Shown: positions 36,041 through 44,968 of the stretch, piece by piece
Layout of the letters: every line of letters begins with the position of its first letter
Position numbering within the stretch: position 1 is the first letter of the stretch
DNA from: an uncultured bacterium
GTDB taxonomy: Bacteria > Fermentibacterota > Fermentibacteria > Fermentibacterales > JCC-6
Length of the DNA stretch: 45,344 nucleotides
Assembly (NCBI GenBank): GCA_964387445.1
Contig: CAYLXG010000002.1
Span: forward strand, 1-45,344
Direction: 5' to 3'
The notes under the pieces: model-generated
What the model saw: the letters and a program-made list of their open reading frames with translations, nothing else
What the model was told of the DNA's origin: nothing
Databases searched by the model: none
Made by a program: the position numbers and the translations under genes

Positions 36041-37199
36041 TTCCTCTCAGTACCGTGTGCAGGACCCGGCCCAGCCCCTGTATGTCGAAGGGCTTCTGCA
36101 GGAACCCGCCTATGCCTATGTCACTGAGCTCTCTGGTGTCCTCGGCGCCTATGAAGCCGCTGGAGAGTATCACCTGAAGTCCGGGATCCATCTCCCTGAG
36201 GATGGAGAAGGTCTGCCTTCCGTTCAGGTCGGGCATGTTGAGGTCCAGTATGGCGCAGTCTATCTTCACCGCGGCGTTCCTCATCAGCTCCACCGCCCGG
36301 CATCCGTCGGATGCCCGGAGGACCCGGTGGCCCATGGATGCGAGCATCTCCTCCACGGTGTCCAGGACCCATGGGTCGTCGTCCACCACCATGATCACCG
36401 ATCCCGGGGATGCCCCGGGTTCTGCTCTGCACTCATTCTCGGAGGGATCATGCTCCGGTGAGACGGGGAATGAGACCGTTACCGAACCCTCGCCCCTGCG
36501 TGGGTAGTCCACCTCGATGGAACCCAGATTGTTCCGTATGAGTTCCAGGGCGCCGGCCATTCCCAGCCCCCTTCCGGAATCTCCGGTGTGGAAGCAGGAA
36601 CCGAAGAGGGTATTGAGGGTGTCCCTGTCCAGGCCGCATCCCCTGTCCCGGACCTCGATGACGACCCTGCCGGCCTCTTCCTGGTGAAGGAGTGATATCC
36701 CGACGGTTCCGGTGCCTGAGCAGGTGATCTCCGAGGAGTTGGCTATCATGTTGATCACGAGCCGGATCATCTGGGAAACATCGCCCCTCACAGGAGGAAC
36801 CTCATCCAGATCGAACTCCAGGACCGCCCTTTTCTCAGGAGCAAGCCGCATCATCTTTTCCGTTTCCGAGATGATCCTCTTCAGGTTCAGGTTTTCCATC
36901 ACCATGTCTCCCCTGCCGATGTAGGAGAGCATCTGAAAAGTGAGGGAAGAGGCGTTCCTCACGGCCTTCCGTATCCTTGAAAGCCTGCTGCGCGTCTCTT
37001 CGCAGATACCGGGAGCGGACATGATGATGTCCGCGTTACCGCCTATGGTCAGAAGAAGGTTGTTCAGGTCGTTGGCTATGCCGCCGGTGAGGACCTTCAG
37101 CCCTTCAAGGTGCTGTATGTGCTGTATTCTCCACTCAAGCTCGAGGCTTTCCCTGGGAGCAACTTCCCAGGAGTCTTCGTGAGGTCCGTCAGCGTTCAC
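36018..37199 (-). CDS. hybrid histidine-kinase-like protein (DHp + HATPase + receiver) lacking the phospho-accepting His
   Basis: Start placed at GTG 37199, which overlaps the permease stop (GTGA). The H-box reads LTGGIANDLNNLL (Asn codon AAC at 37071-37073) where GGIAHDFNN is usual. CA-domain motifs are NMIANSSE, DRGCGLD and GRGLGM. The receiver appears intact (VVDDD, ILDLNMPDLNG, ILSSG, KPF). Confidence 0.78.
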   Translation of the reverse strand: MNADGPHEDSWEVAPRESLELEWRIQHIQHLEGLKVLTGGIANDLNNLLLTIGGNADIIMSAPGICEETRSRLSRIRKAVRNASSLTFQMLSYIGRGDMVMENLNLKRIISETEKMMRLAPEKRAVLEFDLDEVPPVRGDVSQMIRLVINMIANSSEITCSGTGTVGISLLHQEEAGRVVIEVRDRGCGLDRDTLNTLFGSCFHTGDSGRGLGMAGALELIRNNLGSIEVDYPRRGEGSVTVSFPVSPEHDPSENECRAEPGASPGSVIMVVDDDPWVLDTVEEMLASMGHRVLRASDGCRAVELMRNAAVKIDCAILDLNMPDLNGRQTFSILREMDPGLQVILSSGFIGAEDTRELSDIGIGGFLQKPFDIQGLGRVLHTVLRGSDQHERN

Positions 37200-38410
37200 A
37201 GTCTGAAAAGGATCCTTTCGTCGTTGAACATCCTCACGGTCAGAAGGATGAGTACCGAGGAGAGCAGCAGGCTGGAAGCCCCTGCAAAGAGTGCCTGATC
37301 CCAGGCGGCGGCGTCCATGAATATCTGCTTCATCACAGTGAGGGAGCTGAAAACGGGAACGAGGGTCATCCACCTGGGCGGCACGTCACCGGACTGCATC
37401 GATGTGGTTCCTATGACCATAACGGCGATGTACACCGGGGTGATCATTCCCTGACCCTCCTTCACGTTCCTGGCAAAGGTGGAGACAGCCATGACCACGC
37501 TGGCCACAAGTATCGCCAGCGGAATCACCACCACGGCGAACAGAAGGAGATCCGTCGCGGTCATGGCATAGCCCCCGGGAACCTCCCCGGGGCCGCTGAA
37601 AAGGTCGATTATCTGCCTGGAGGCTATCTTCAGACCTGCCATGGAACTCAGCGCTCCGACTATTGCGGCCACCATTACCGACAGCATCTTTCCCATTACG
37701 ATGGACACCCTGCCGACCCTGTTCACCAGGAGCGTTGCCAGGGTTCCCCGTTCCTTCTCCCCCGCCACTGTGTCCAGGCCCACCTTCATTGCGTTTGCGA
37801 AAAGGTATATCACAATGAAGAACGGTACCATCATACCTATGATCTTGCCCATGAGGTCTCCCTCCCGGGCCAGATCGTACATCCCGGGATCACCCCCCGA
37901 GTTGATGCTCACAGCGGTCAGTATCCCCGGGGGAAGACCGTAACCGGCCACCCTTTCCCTTACAAGGGAATCGTTCACCGCCCCTGCAATGATGGTGAAC
38001 TCCTCCATGGCGGTCCTGGAGTAGTCGGAGGTGGAATTGTGAAAAACGGCAACCTCGCCGGGAAGCTCGTCTCCTGGCAGCTCCACCACCAGTTCCAGCT
38101 CCCGGGAGGAGACCATGGTCTTCGCCGTCTCCACTTCGCCCTCATCCAGCAGCGAAACCCTGAAATCGGCGGATTCCAGGGCAGATAGGATCTCTGCGGC
38201 TTCCCCGGAGGGACTTCGGGGCATGAACACCGCCACCCCAGGGGTGAAGTCCTCTATGTCGGCCATCCTTGACCGGTTCGCCCTGCCCATGAAGGTGTAG
38301 ATCAGCGGTAGCAGGACCATGGGTATCACCACCAGGAAGACGATGAGTTTCCTGTCGGTGAATATCCTCCTGAGCTCCTTGCCCAGGATTATCGCGAAAT
38401 CACCCTTCAT
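37196..38410 (-). CDS. ABC-2 family transporter permease (NatB-like)
   Basis: Start at MKGDFAIILGKELRRIFTDRKL. The layout is TM1, then a large extracytoplasmic loop, then 5 C-terminal TM helices, as in NatB-type permeases. Confidence 0.75.
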   Translation of the reverse strand: MKGDFAIILGKELRRIFTDRKLIVFLVVIPMVLLPLIYTFMGRANRSRMADIEDFTPGVAVFMPRSPSGEAAEILSALESADFRVSLLDEGEVETAKTMVSSRELELVVELPGDELPGEVAVFHNSTSDYSRTAMEEFTIIAGAVNDSLVRERVAGYGLPPGILTAVSINSGGDPGMYDLAREGDLMGKIIGMMVPFFIVIYLFANAMKVGLDTVAGEKERGTLATLLVNRVGRVSIVMGKMLSVMVAAIVGALSSMAGLKIASRQIIDLFSGPGEVPGGYAMTATDLLLFAVVVIPLAILVASVVMAVSTFARNVKEGQGMITPVYIAVMVIGTTSMQSGDVPPRWMTLVPVFSSLTVMKQIFMDAAAWDQALFAGASSLLLSSVLILLTVRMFNDERILFRL

Positions 38411-39143
38411 TGCCCGGCCTTCCAGGCAGGATGTGACCGAAGAAAACCTCTTCGAGGTTGCCCCCCGGGGCAACTTCCTGGAGGGTTCCCTCAGCCTTCA
38501 TCTCCCCGCCGGCGATTATGCCGAAGCGGTGGCAGAGCTTTTCGGCAACTGTCATTATGTGTGTGGAAAGTACTATGGTCTTCCCCGCCTCAGCCCTTTT
38601 CCTGAGGAAATCGGTCACCGCCTTGGAGGTTATCACGTCGAGGCCGTTGGTTGGTTCATCGAAGATTATCACCTCCGGATCGTGTATCAGGCTGACGGCG
38701 ATGGCTGTCTTCTGCTTCATGCCGGTGGAGAGGTCGTCTATCCTCCTTCCGGCGAAATCCTCCATCTGGAGTTCAGAAAAAAGAGCCTTTCTTCTCTCCC
38801 GGACCACCTCCCCGGGAACCCGGTTGAGGCGGCCGAACCAGTCGGTGAGATACTCCGGGGTGAAATAGCCGTCGAGCTTCATGTCCGATGTGAGAAAGCC
38901 GATCCTCGACCTGAAGCTCTCACCATGCTCCAGAACACTTATGTCATCTATCCATGCGTTCCCGGCGGTTGGTTTCAGAAGCGTGGAGAGGCATCTGAGG
39001 GTGGTGGTCTTTCCAGCCCCGTTGGGCCCCAGGAGTCCGTATATCTCACCGGGCATGGAGTGGAAGGAAAGGTCCTTCACCGCCACGGTCTTCCCGCCGC
39101 CCCTCCCGGTGAAGACCTTGGTGAGACCCTCAACCCTGAGCAA
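38400..39143 (-). CDS. ABC transporter ATP-binding protein (NatA-like)
   Basis: 247 aa. Walker A GPNGAGKTT, signature LSTGMKQK, Walker B IIFDEPTNGLD. Confidence 0.9.
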   Translation of the reverse strand: MLRVEGLTKVFTGRGGGKTVAVKDLSFHSMPGEIYGLLGPNGAGKTTTLRCLSTLLKPTAGNAWIDDISVLEHGESFRSRIGFLTSDMKLDGYFTPEYLTDWFGRLNRVPGEVVRERRKALFSELQMEDFAGRRIDDLSTGMKQKTAIAVSLIHDPEVIIFDEPTNGLDVITSKAVTDFLRKRAEAGKTIVLSTHIMTVAEKLCHRFGIIAGGEMKAEGTLQEVAPGGNLEEVFFGHILPGRPGNEG

Positions 39144-39639
39144 GTTCTATCCTGTCCATGAATGAGCTTATGTCATCCGGTGATCCAAGCCCGGTCTCCT
39201 GGGCCATGGGCATATCCGGGAACCTCATGGCCAGGGCGCCGGCGAAGAGCCCCGTTCCGTTCCTTCGAAGGCTGACCCCTTCATGGAGCCTCGCTGACCC
39301 CAGGCCGCAGGAAGGGGAACCGGCTTTCAGAACGAACCCCTTCAGTTCCGAAAGACGGTTTTCCATAAGCCGGTTCTCAACCCAGTCCATGAGCTGTCCG
39401 GTAAGGTCATTCCCCGTTCCCACCGTGATGAGCCTCGTTTCGCCGGATACCCGGAAAAGGTCCATGGGCTCCCTGGGAACGGGCATGCCGCACTCATGCT
39501 CGGGGCAGAAGGGCACGAGCCTGGCCCTTGCGCCCAGTTCTCGAATGAGTTCCCGTTGAATGCAGGATGATCCGTCGTACCTTACGCACATGCCCAGAAG
39601 GCATCCGCTCATACCTATTGCAGGATTTTCCCGCCTCAT
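39130..39639 (-). CDS. DUF523 family protein (TudS-like Fe-S desulfidase family)
   Basis: 169 aa. IGMSGCLLGMCVRYDGS...FCPEHECGMPVPREP matches the SACLLG..RYDG / CPE..GG...PR pattern of DUF523. Confidence 0.72.
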   Translation of the reverse strand: MRRENPAIGMSGCLLGMCVRYDGSSCIQRELIRELGARARLVPFCPEHECGMPVPREPMDLFRVSGETRLITVGTGNDLTGQLMDWVENRLMENRLSELKGFVLKAGSPSCGLGSARLHEGVSLRRNGTGLFAGALAMRFPDMPMAQETGLGSPDDISSFMDRIELAQG

Positions 39640-40160
39640 TCCAGGGGAACGAGACCGGAAAGGATGGCATTGCCGTTGGGCTCGTCGATCCGGACCGATC
39701 TGTCGTCGTCGTAATAGCAGCAGTGGATCCTGTACTTGACCAGCCTGTCCTTTTCCACTCGATAGCGGGTGAGGATGAAGCAGTCATCGGTGGAGGAGGA
39801 CCTCTGGAAGGAAGGGGCGTATTCCCTGGTCTCCCCTGTTCCTGCTATCTCCAGCACGAACCTGTGGGAATCCTTCAGCCCGGGAAGGGGATGGCCGCGG
39901 AACTCCACGGAACCGGGTTCCAGCCTCCTGAGAACGGAACCGTCGGGAAGGGCCCATTCTCCCCGGGGCACTTCCGGCCTTCCGCCGTGGACGACCACCG
40001 TGGGAAAGTCATCGGGGAAACCCGACATATCTTCCAGGGGCTCGGTGAGATCCTCTACTTCCCTGTCAGTTTCCCCGCAGCTCTGGCAGAACCAGAACGC
40101 AAGGGCGCCGCTTCTGTAGAACCTCGCTGTCCAGAGGTGCTTGCCGCCTTCACAACCCAT
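39636..40160 (-). CDS. hypothetical protein (174 aa)
   Basis: ATG at 40160 is preceded by AGGAGG at 9 nt. The stop overlaps the DUF523 start (ATGA). It contains CQSCGE and HCCYY, but I recognise no family. Confidence 0.5.
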   Translation of the reverse strand: MGCEGGKHLWTARFYRSGALAFWFCQSCGETDREVEDLTEPLEDMSGFPDDFPTVVVHGGRPEVPRGEWALPDGSVLRRLEPGSVEFRGHPLPGLKDSHRFVLEIAGTGETREYAPSFQRSSSTDDCFILTRYRVEKDRLVKYRIHCCYYDDDRSVRIDEPNGNAILSGLVPLE

Positions 40161-40300
40161 CTCGAAGACCCTCCTGAAAGAATAATATGAAACCTGAAGG
40201 TAATATAGACATAACACCAGGCGCAAGTGCCATCGGCCTGCGGTGTTTCCAAGGCCATCACGGACCGCTATGTTATCCGGTGCGAAAGAAAGGGAGATCA

Positions 40301-40792
40301 ATGATCACCAGCACCGACTGGATACAGACCCTGGGGCTCGTTCCCCACCCTGAAGGCGGCTACTACAGGGAGTTCTACAGGTCACCGGTGGAGACCGGGG
40401 AAGGCGGCAGCATCGGAACGGTCATCTACTACATGCTCACAGGCAACGATTTCTCCGCATTCCACAGCCTCCGCAGCCACGAGATCTGGCATTTTCACCA
40501 CGGTTCAGCCTTTCTCATACACATCATCGACCCCAGCGGCAGCTACAGGAGGGTCAGGCTGGGAACCGACGCCCCCGCCGGGGAGACCCCCTGCCTGGTG
40601 ATACCCGCCGGCCACTGGTTCGGAGCCGAGGTCGCCGAGGAGAACTCTTTCGCCCTGGCATCCTGCACCGTGATGCCCGGTTTCAGCTATGACGGCTTCA
40701 GCATGCCGCCAAGGGAAAAGCTGATCTCTCTGTTTCCCGATCTCAGGGAAGAGATAGTCCGTCTTACCCGGAAGGAGCAGGATACTGTCTGA
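40301..40792 (+). CDS. cupin-fold protein, DUF985 family
   Basis: Start at MITSTDWIQTLGL, with AAGGGAG upstream. VPHPEGGYYREFYRS and HSLRSHEIWHFHHG are DUF985 hallmarks. Confidence 0.8.
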   Translation: MITSTDWIQTLGLVPHPEGGYYREFYRSPVETGEGGSIGTVIYYMLTGNDFSAFHSLRSHEIWHFHHGSAFLIHIIDPSGSYRRVRLGTDAPAGETPCLVIPAGHWFGAEVAEENSFALASCTVMPGFSYDGFSMPPREKLISLFPDLREEIVRLTRKEQDTV

Positions 40793-40808
40793 CCTGGACC
40801 CCATCATC

Positions 40809-41240
40809 GTGGACGACAACGATTGTTTCGCCTGCGGGCTGGACAACCCTGTGGGGCTTAAGCTTAAGTTCAGCATCGAGGAGGGTTCCGGAAGATCCCT
40901 CTGCCGTACTGTGATACCCGGCCACTTCAGCGGCTGGAGAGGCGCAGCCCACGGGGGGATCATCACCACCCTCCTCGACGAGACCATGGTCTACGCCTGC
41001 ACCTCCATCGGATGGCTCACCGTAACCGGTACGATCACCGTGAAGTTCCACAGGCCGGTCCCCACCGAAACTCCCCTGGAGGTAACTGGAACTGTCCTCC
41101 GGAACAGGGGCCGTTCCATCACCGCGGAGGGCTCGATCACTGTAGGGGGTGTCCTTCTTGCTTCCGCAGAGGGTGTCTTCATACCGTTGAAGGAACTCGA
41201 GAATCCCCTGGAAACCTTCAGGGACAGGCTTGTCCCTTGA
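40809..41240 (+). CDS. PaaI-family hotdog-fold thioesterase
   Basis: 143 aa with a GTG start. CFACGLDNPVGLKLKF and AAHGGIITTLLDETM are typical of PaaI/YbgC-like thioesterases. Confidence 0.8.
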   Translation: MDDNDCFACGLDNPVGLKLKFSIEEGSGRSLCRTVIPGHFSGWRGAAHGGIITTLLDETMVYACTSIGWLTVTGTITVKFHRPVPTETPLEVTGTVLRNRGRSITAEGSITVGGVLLASAEGVFIPLKELENPLETFRDRLVP

Positions 41241-41914
41241 GCAGAGCGCTGCTGATACCGGGTCTTGGAGGTACCGAAGACTGCTGGCCGGGGCTTTTTA
41301 CCGGAAGGCTCGGGTCCTGTTTCAGCATCGACACGGTTACCCTTCCCCGCCTGGGCTCCTCCATACGCGGCTTCGCCCGGGAACTCCTCCCGGAGGATCC
41401 GCCGGACCTGCTGATCGGGTTCTCGATAGGTTCAGCGGTGATCCAGGAGATGCTGGCGGAGAACCCTGATCTCCCGTCAAGGGTGGTGCTCATGGCTCCC
41501 CCCGCCGGGAACGGCTATCCACCGCCTCCGGAGGAAGCCCACGATTTTTCAGACGGCAGGGGAAAGTGGTCAGCCTCCATGCTGGAAATGATGTTCACCC
41601 CTGAATGGCTCGCCGCCCACCCGGATGTTACGGAGTTCTTCCCCAGGGTAAAAAGGTCCGTTCCAGCTGAATGCCTGGTAACCCAGAGCATGGCAATCTC
41701 CTCCTGGGAGGGCTGTCTGGATAAGCTTCGCAGCGTAAGGAGCCCCGTGCTGATAATCGCCGGCAGGTACGACATAATCACGCCCCCGGTCCACGCCGGG
41801 GCCATCGCGGCGTCGATCCCGGGTTCCAGGCTGCTTGCCATGGAGACCGGCCACGGCTTTCCCTGGCAGTGCCCTGTGGAAACCGCCGACGCCATACTGG
41901 AGTTCGCAACTTGA
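41237..41914 (+). CDS. alpha/beta-fold hydrolase
   Basis: The C-terminal two thirds of the 300-aa track ORF. Start proposed at TTG 41237, which overlaps the thioesterase TGA (TTGA). It has LIPGLGGTEDCW, the nucleophile elbow GFSIGS and a C-terminal ETGHG His motif. Confidence 0.7.
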   Translation: MSRALLIPGLGGTEDCWPGLFTGRLGSCFSIDTVTLPRLGSSIRGFARELLPEDPPDLLIGFSIGSAVIQEMLAENPDLPSRVVLMAPPAGNGYPPPPEEAHDFSDGRGKWSASMLEMMFTPEWLAAHPDVTEFFPRVKRSVPAECLVTQSMAISSWEGCLDKLRSVRSPVLIIAGRYDIITPPVHAGAIAASIPGSRLLAMETGHGFPWQCPVETADAILEFAT

Positions 41915-43026
41915 GAATACTGGGCCAGATATCAGGCGGGCTGGAGGAACTCGGCGCCGGGGAACTTAAAACCCTGGGCGCTGAGAGGATAGAACCGGTT
42001 TACAGGGGCGTGTTCTTTGAAACGGACACCGGCGGAGCGATGCGGGTGAACTACTGCTCAAGGCTTTTCGACAGGTTCCTGCTTCCCTTTGCCCGTTTCT
42101 CCTGCACCACCTCCGACGGACTCTACACCAAAGCGCTGAAGCATCCATGGGAGAACCTGTTCGGGGTTAACTCCACCTTTTCCATAAGTTCGGCGGCCTC
42201 CGGGAAGTCCATAAAGAACTCGAAGTGGGCGGCCCTGAGGCTCAAGGACGCCATTGCAGACCATTTCAGGGAAATCTGCGGCAAGAGACCGTCGGTGGAC
42301 AGACGGGATGCCGACGTGAAGCTCGACCTACGGGTCCGGGGAACCGTGGCCGAGATAAGACTGGACCTTTCGGGGGGAGCCCTTCACAGAAGGGGCTACA
42401 GGAAGGAAACGGTGAAGGCGCCCATGAGGGAGACCACCGCCGCGGCGGCCCTTGCAATGTCAGGCTGGGACGGAAGCAGACCCCTGGTCGATCCCATGTG
42501 CGGCTCCGGCACCCTTCTCTGCGAAGCCCTCATGGCGCACTGCAGGATACCAGCCGGTTTCTACAGGACCAGGTGGGGTTTCTTCAGGATGGAGGGCTTC
42601 TCGAAGCTTGAATGGAAAAAGGTCAAAGCGGAGGCCGACGACAGGATAGTCTCCCTGGAGCCCGGGCTGATCTCCGGCAGCGATCTGTCCATGGATGCCG
42701 TCATGGCCGCCAGGGCCAACCTGGCCACGTTCAGGGACGGCTCCCTGGTAAAGGTGAAGCAGGAGGACTGGAGGGGAGCGGAGGGTTATCGGGACTCCTT
42801 CATCCTCACTAACCCCCCCCACGGCATCAGGATATTCGAGGAAACCGCCGGCGCCCTTCTGAACCAGTTCGGCGACTTCCTGAAACAGAAGTGCAGCGGC
42901 TCGGAAGCCTGGGTGTTCGTTGGTGACGTGAAGCTTCTGAAAAAGGTGGGCCTGAGAACCTCGAAACGCCTTGAGCTGAACTCAGGCGGGCTCGACGGAA
43001 GGCTTGCCAGGTACGAGCTTTACTGA
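41911..43026 (+). CDS. THUMP-domain class I SAM-dependent RNA methyltransferase (RlmL/YpsC-like)
   Basis: Start proposed at TTG 41911 (TTGA overlap). It has the N-terminal GGLEELGAGELKTLGAE, SAM motif I DPMCGSGTLLCEA and motif IV LTNPPHG. Confidence 0.8.
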   Translation: MRILGQISGGLEELGAGELKTLGAERIEPVYRGVFFETDTGGAMRVNYCSRLFDRFLLPFARFSCTTSDGLYTKALKHPWENLFGVNSTFSISSAASGKSIKNSKWAALRLKDAIADHFREICGKRPSVDRRDADVKLDLRVRGTVAEIRLDLSGGALHRRGYRKETVKAPMRETTAAAALAMSGWDGSRPLVDPMCGSGTLLCEALMAHCRIPAGFYRTRWGFFRMEGFSKLEWKKVKAEADDRIVSLEPGLISGSDLSMDAVMAARANLATFRDGSLVKVKQEDWRGAEGYRDSFILTNPPHGIRIFEETAGALLNQFGDFLKQKCSGSEAWVFVGDVKLLKKVGLRTSKRLELNSGGLDGRLARYELY

Positions 43027-44444
43027 AACGCCCCCAGGGTTTCCTTCATGATCCCCTCCACCCTGTCCGGGGGATAGGTACGCACCGCGGATGTTTCGGT
43101 CACCGCGGCCCAGGCTTCCCTGGATGCTTCCATCTCCGACGCGGCCCTCGACGCGACCTCATCCTCCGTGGGGTGGAACCTGGCAACGCCGCAGGCCTGG
43201 GCGCTTGCGGCAACCCTCCCGGCAACGAATGGATAAAGACCGGTCTCACTCATCACCGGCAGGATCCTTCCGGCGCCTATGACCCCGCGCACGGCGTACT
43301 CCGCTATGGCCTCCGCCGCGGCAACGGCCATGCGGTCGGTTATGGAGACCGCTCCGGTGAGCAGGACACCCTTGAGTATTCCCGGAAAGCCCAGGGAGTT
43401 GTTGACCTGATTGGGGAAGTCGCCCCTGCCGGTTGCCACCACCGCAGCCCCTGCATCCAGTGCGTCCGATGGATATATCTCAGGGACGGGGTTGGCGCAG
43501 GCGAAAACTATGGCCCCTTCTGCCATCTTCCTTATCCAGGCGGGGTGAACCACGTCCGGTCCGGGTCGCGAGGCCGCGATCAGGGCATCGGCTCCCTCCA
43601 GTGCCTTCCTGATGTCGTTGATGCAAGTGGGATTGGTAACCCTGCAGAGTTCCCTGTGCCAGCTCCTCTCCTCCCCCTGGAAGTCATCTGTCCTTCCCTT
43701 GTGAAGGCCTCCCCTGGAATCGAAGAGGACCATCTTCCCGGGATCGGCCCCGGCGGCCATGAGCAGCCTTGCGGCGGTGGAGTTGGAAGCCCCGGCGCCG
43801 AAGAGGACTATCTTCGAGTCCCCGATCCTCCTGCCGGTGACCTTCATGGCGTTCATGAGCCCGGCGAGCACCACGCAGGCGGTCCCCTGGGCGTCGTCGT
43901 GCCAAACTGGTATCGAACAGGTTTCCTGAAGCCGCTGCAGCACGGTGTAGCACCTGGGCTGGGCGATGTCTTCCAGGTTCACCGCGCCGAAGGATGGAGC
44001 CATTGCGTTCACGGTGTCCACCAGTCTCCCGGCATCACCCTTCACGTCGAGACAGATCGGTACCGCGTCCACCCCCCCCAGCAGTTTCATTATCAGGGCC
44101 TTTCCCTCCATGACCCCCATGCCGCCCGGCGGTGTGACGTCGCCGTCTCCCAGTACCCTGGTGGAGTCGCTTACCACCGCAACAGTCCTGCCCCTGCAGG
44201 TGTGGGTGAAAGATACCCCTTGATCATCCCTTATAGCCCTTGAGACCGAGGAAACGCCCGGGGTGTACCAGGCTTCCATCCAGCCCAGGTCCGCCTGGTC
44301 GACCAGGGGTATGGTCATCATCTTTCCGCCGTGCCAGCGGTGCGCATCCAGTGAAAGACGGAACAGGAACTCGGTGGAGGCCCTGTTGGCCGCTTCTTCG
44401 CCCAGGGTGTTCCTGATGTTCGCAAGCGCTTCTGCTGGAGTCAT
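43020..44444 (-). CDS. NAD(P)-dependent malic enzyme (short form, no PTA domain)
   Basis: 474 aa. WYTPGVS, VVSDSTRVLGDGD, GVMEGKALIMK, NLEDIAQPRC, WHDDAQGTA and LFGAGASN. Confidence 0.87.
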   Translation of the reverse strand: MTPAEALANIRNTLGEEAANRASTEFLFRLSLDAHRWHGGKMMTIPLVDQADLGWMEAWYTPGVSSVSRAIRDDQGVSFTHTCRGRTVAVVSDSTRVLGDGDVTPPGGMGVMEGKALIMKLLGGVDAVPICLDVKGDAGRLVDTVNAMAPSFGAVNLEDIAQPRCYTVLQRLQETCSIPVWHDDAQGTACVVLAGLMNAMKVTGRRIGDSKIVLFGAGASNSTAARLLMAAGADPGKMVLFDSRGGLHKGRTDDFQGEERSWHRELCRVTNPTCINDIRKALEGADALIAASRPGPDVVHPAWIRKMAEGAIVFACANPVPEIYPSDALDAGAAVVATGRGDFPNQVNNSLGFPGILKGVLLTGAVSITDRMAVAAAEAIAEYAVRGVIGAGRILPVMSETGLYPFVAGRVAASAQACGVARFHPTEDEVASRAASEMEASREAWAAVTETSAVRTYPPDRVEGIMKETLGAFQ

Positions 44445-44968
44445 GTCAAACCACCGGTCCTTCTGAAAATGTTACCGCCATGGAGATCCCAGGCAACGAA
44501 CACCGGGAAACCCTCAACGGTGATCAGGGATACCGCCTCCGGGCCAAGGTGCTCCATGGCTATTATTCTTCTGCTTCTGACGGATTCCGCCGCCAGGGCT
44601 CCAGCTCCACCGACGGCCGCCATGTAAACGGCCCCTGCATCCTGAAAGAGCTTCCTCGTTTCCCGGGACATGCCGCCCTTTCCGATGGCGATCTTCATTC
44701 CCCTCTCCAGCATGAATGGGATGAACGGTTCCATTCTTGAAGAGGTTGTCGGCCCGCATGAACCGCAGGGCCTTCCGGAGGGGGCCGGGGTGGGGCCCAT
44801 GTAGTACACGGGGATGACCGCGGGGTCGAAGGGCAGGGAACCCGTTTTCAGGAAAGCATCGTGGGCCGCGTCCCTGGCGGCTGCCAGAACCCCTGTAAGC
44901 CGCAGTTCCTCTCCAGCCCTCAGGGTTTCCAGAACACATGCTTCCGCAGGAAGGATCAGATCTCGCAT
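44441..44968 (-). CDS. class I (Fe-S) fumarate hydratase, beta subunit / C-terminal domain
   Basis: Start at MRDLILPAE. GPTTSSRMEPF, AIGKGGMS, VGGAGAL and LGPEAV...VEGFPVFV are Fe-S hydro-lyase beta-type motifs. Confidence 0.85.
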   Translation of the reverse strand: MRDLILPAEACVLETLRAGEELRLTGVLAAARDAAHDAFLKTGSLPFDPAVIPVYYMGPTPAPSGRPCGSCGPTTSSRMEPFIPFMLERGMKIAIGKGGMSRETRKLFQDAGAVYMAAVGGAGALAAESVRSRRIIAMEHLGPEAVSLITVEGFPVFVAWDLHGGNIFRRTGGLT

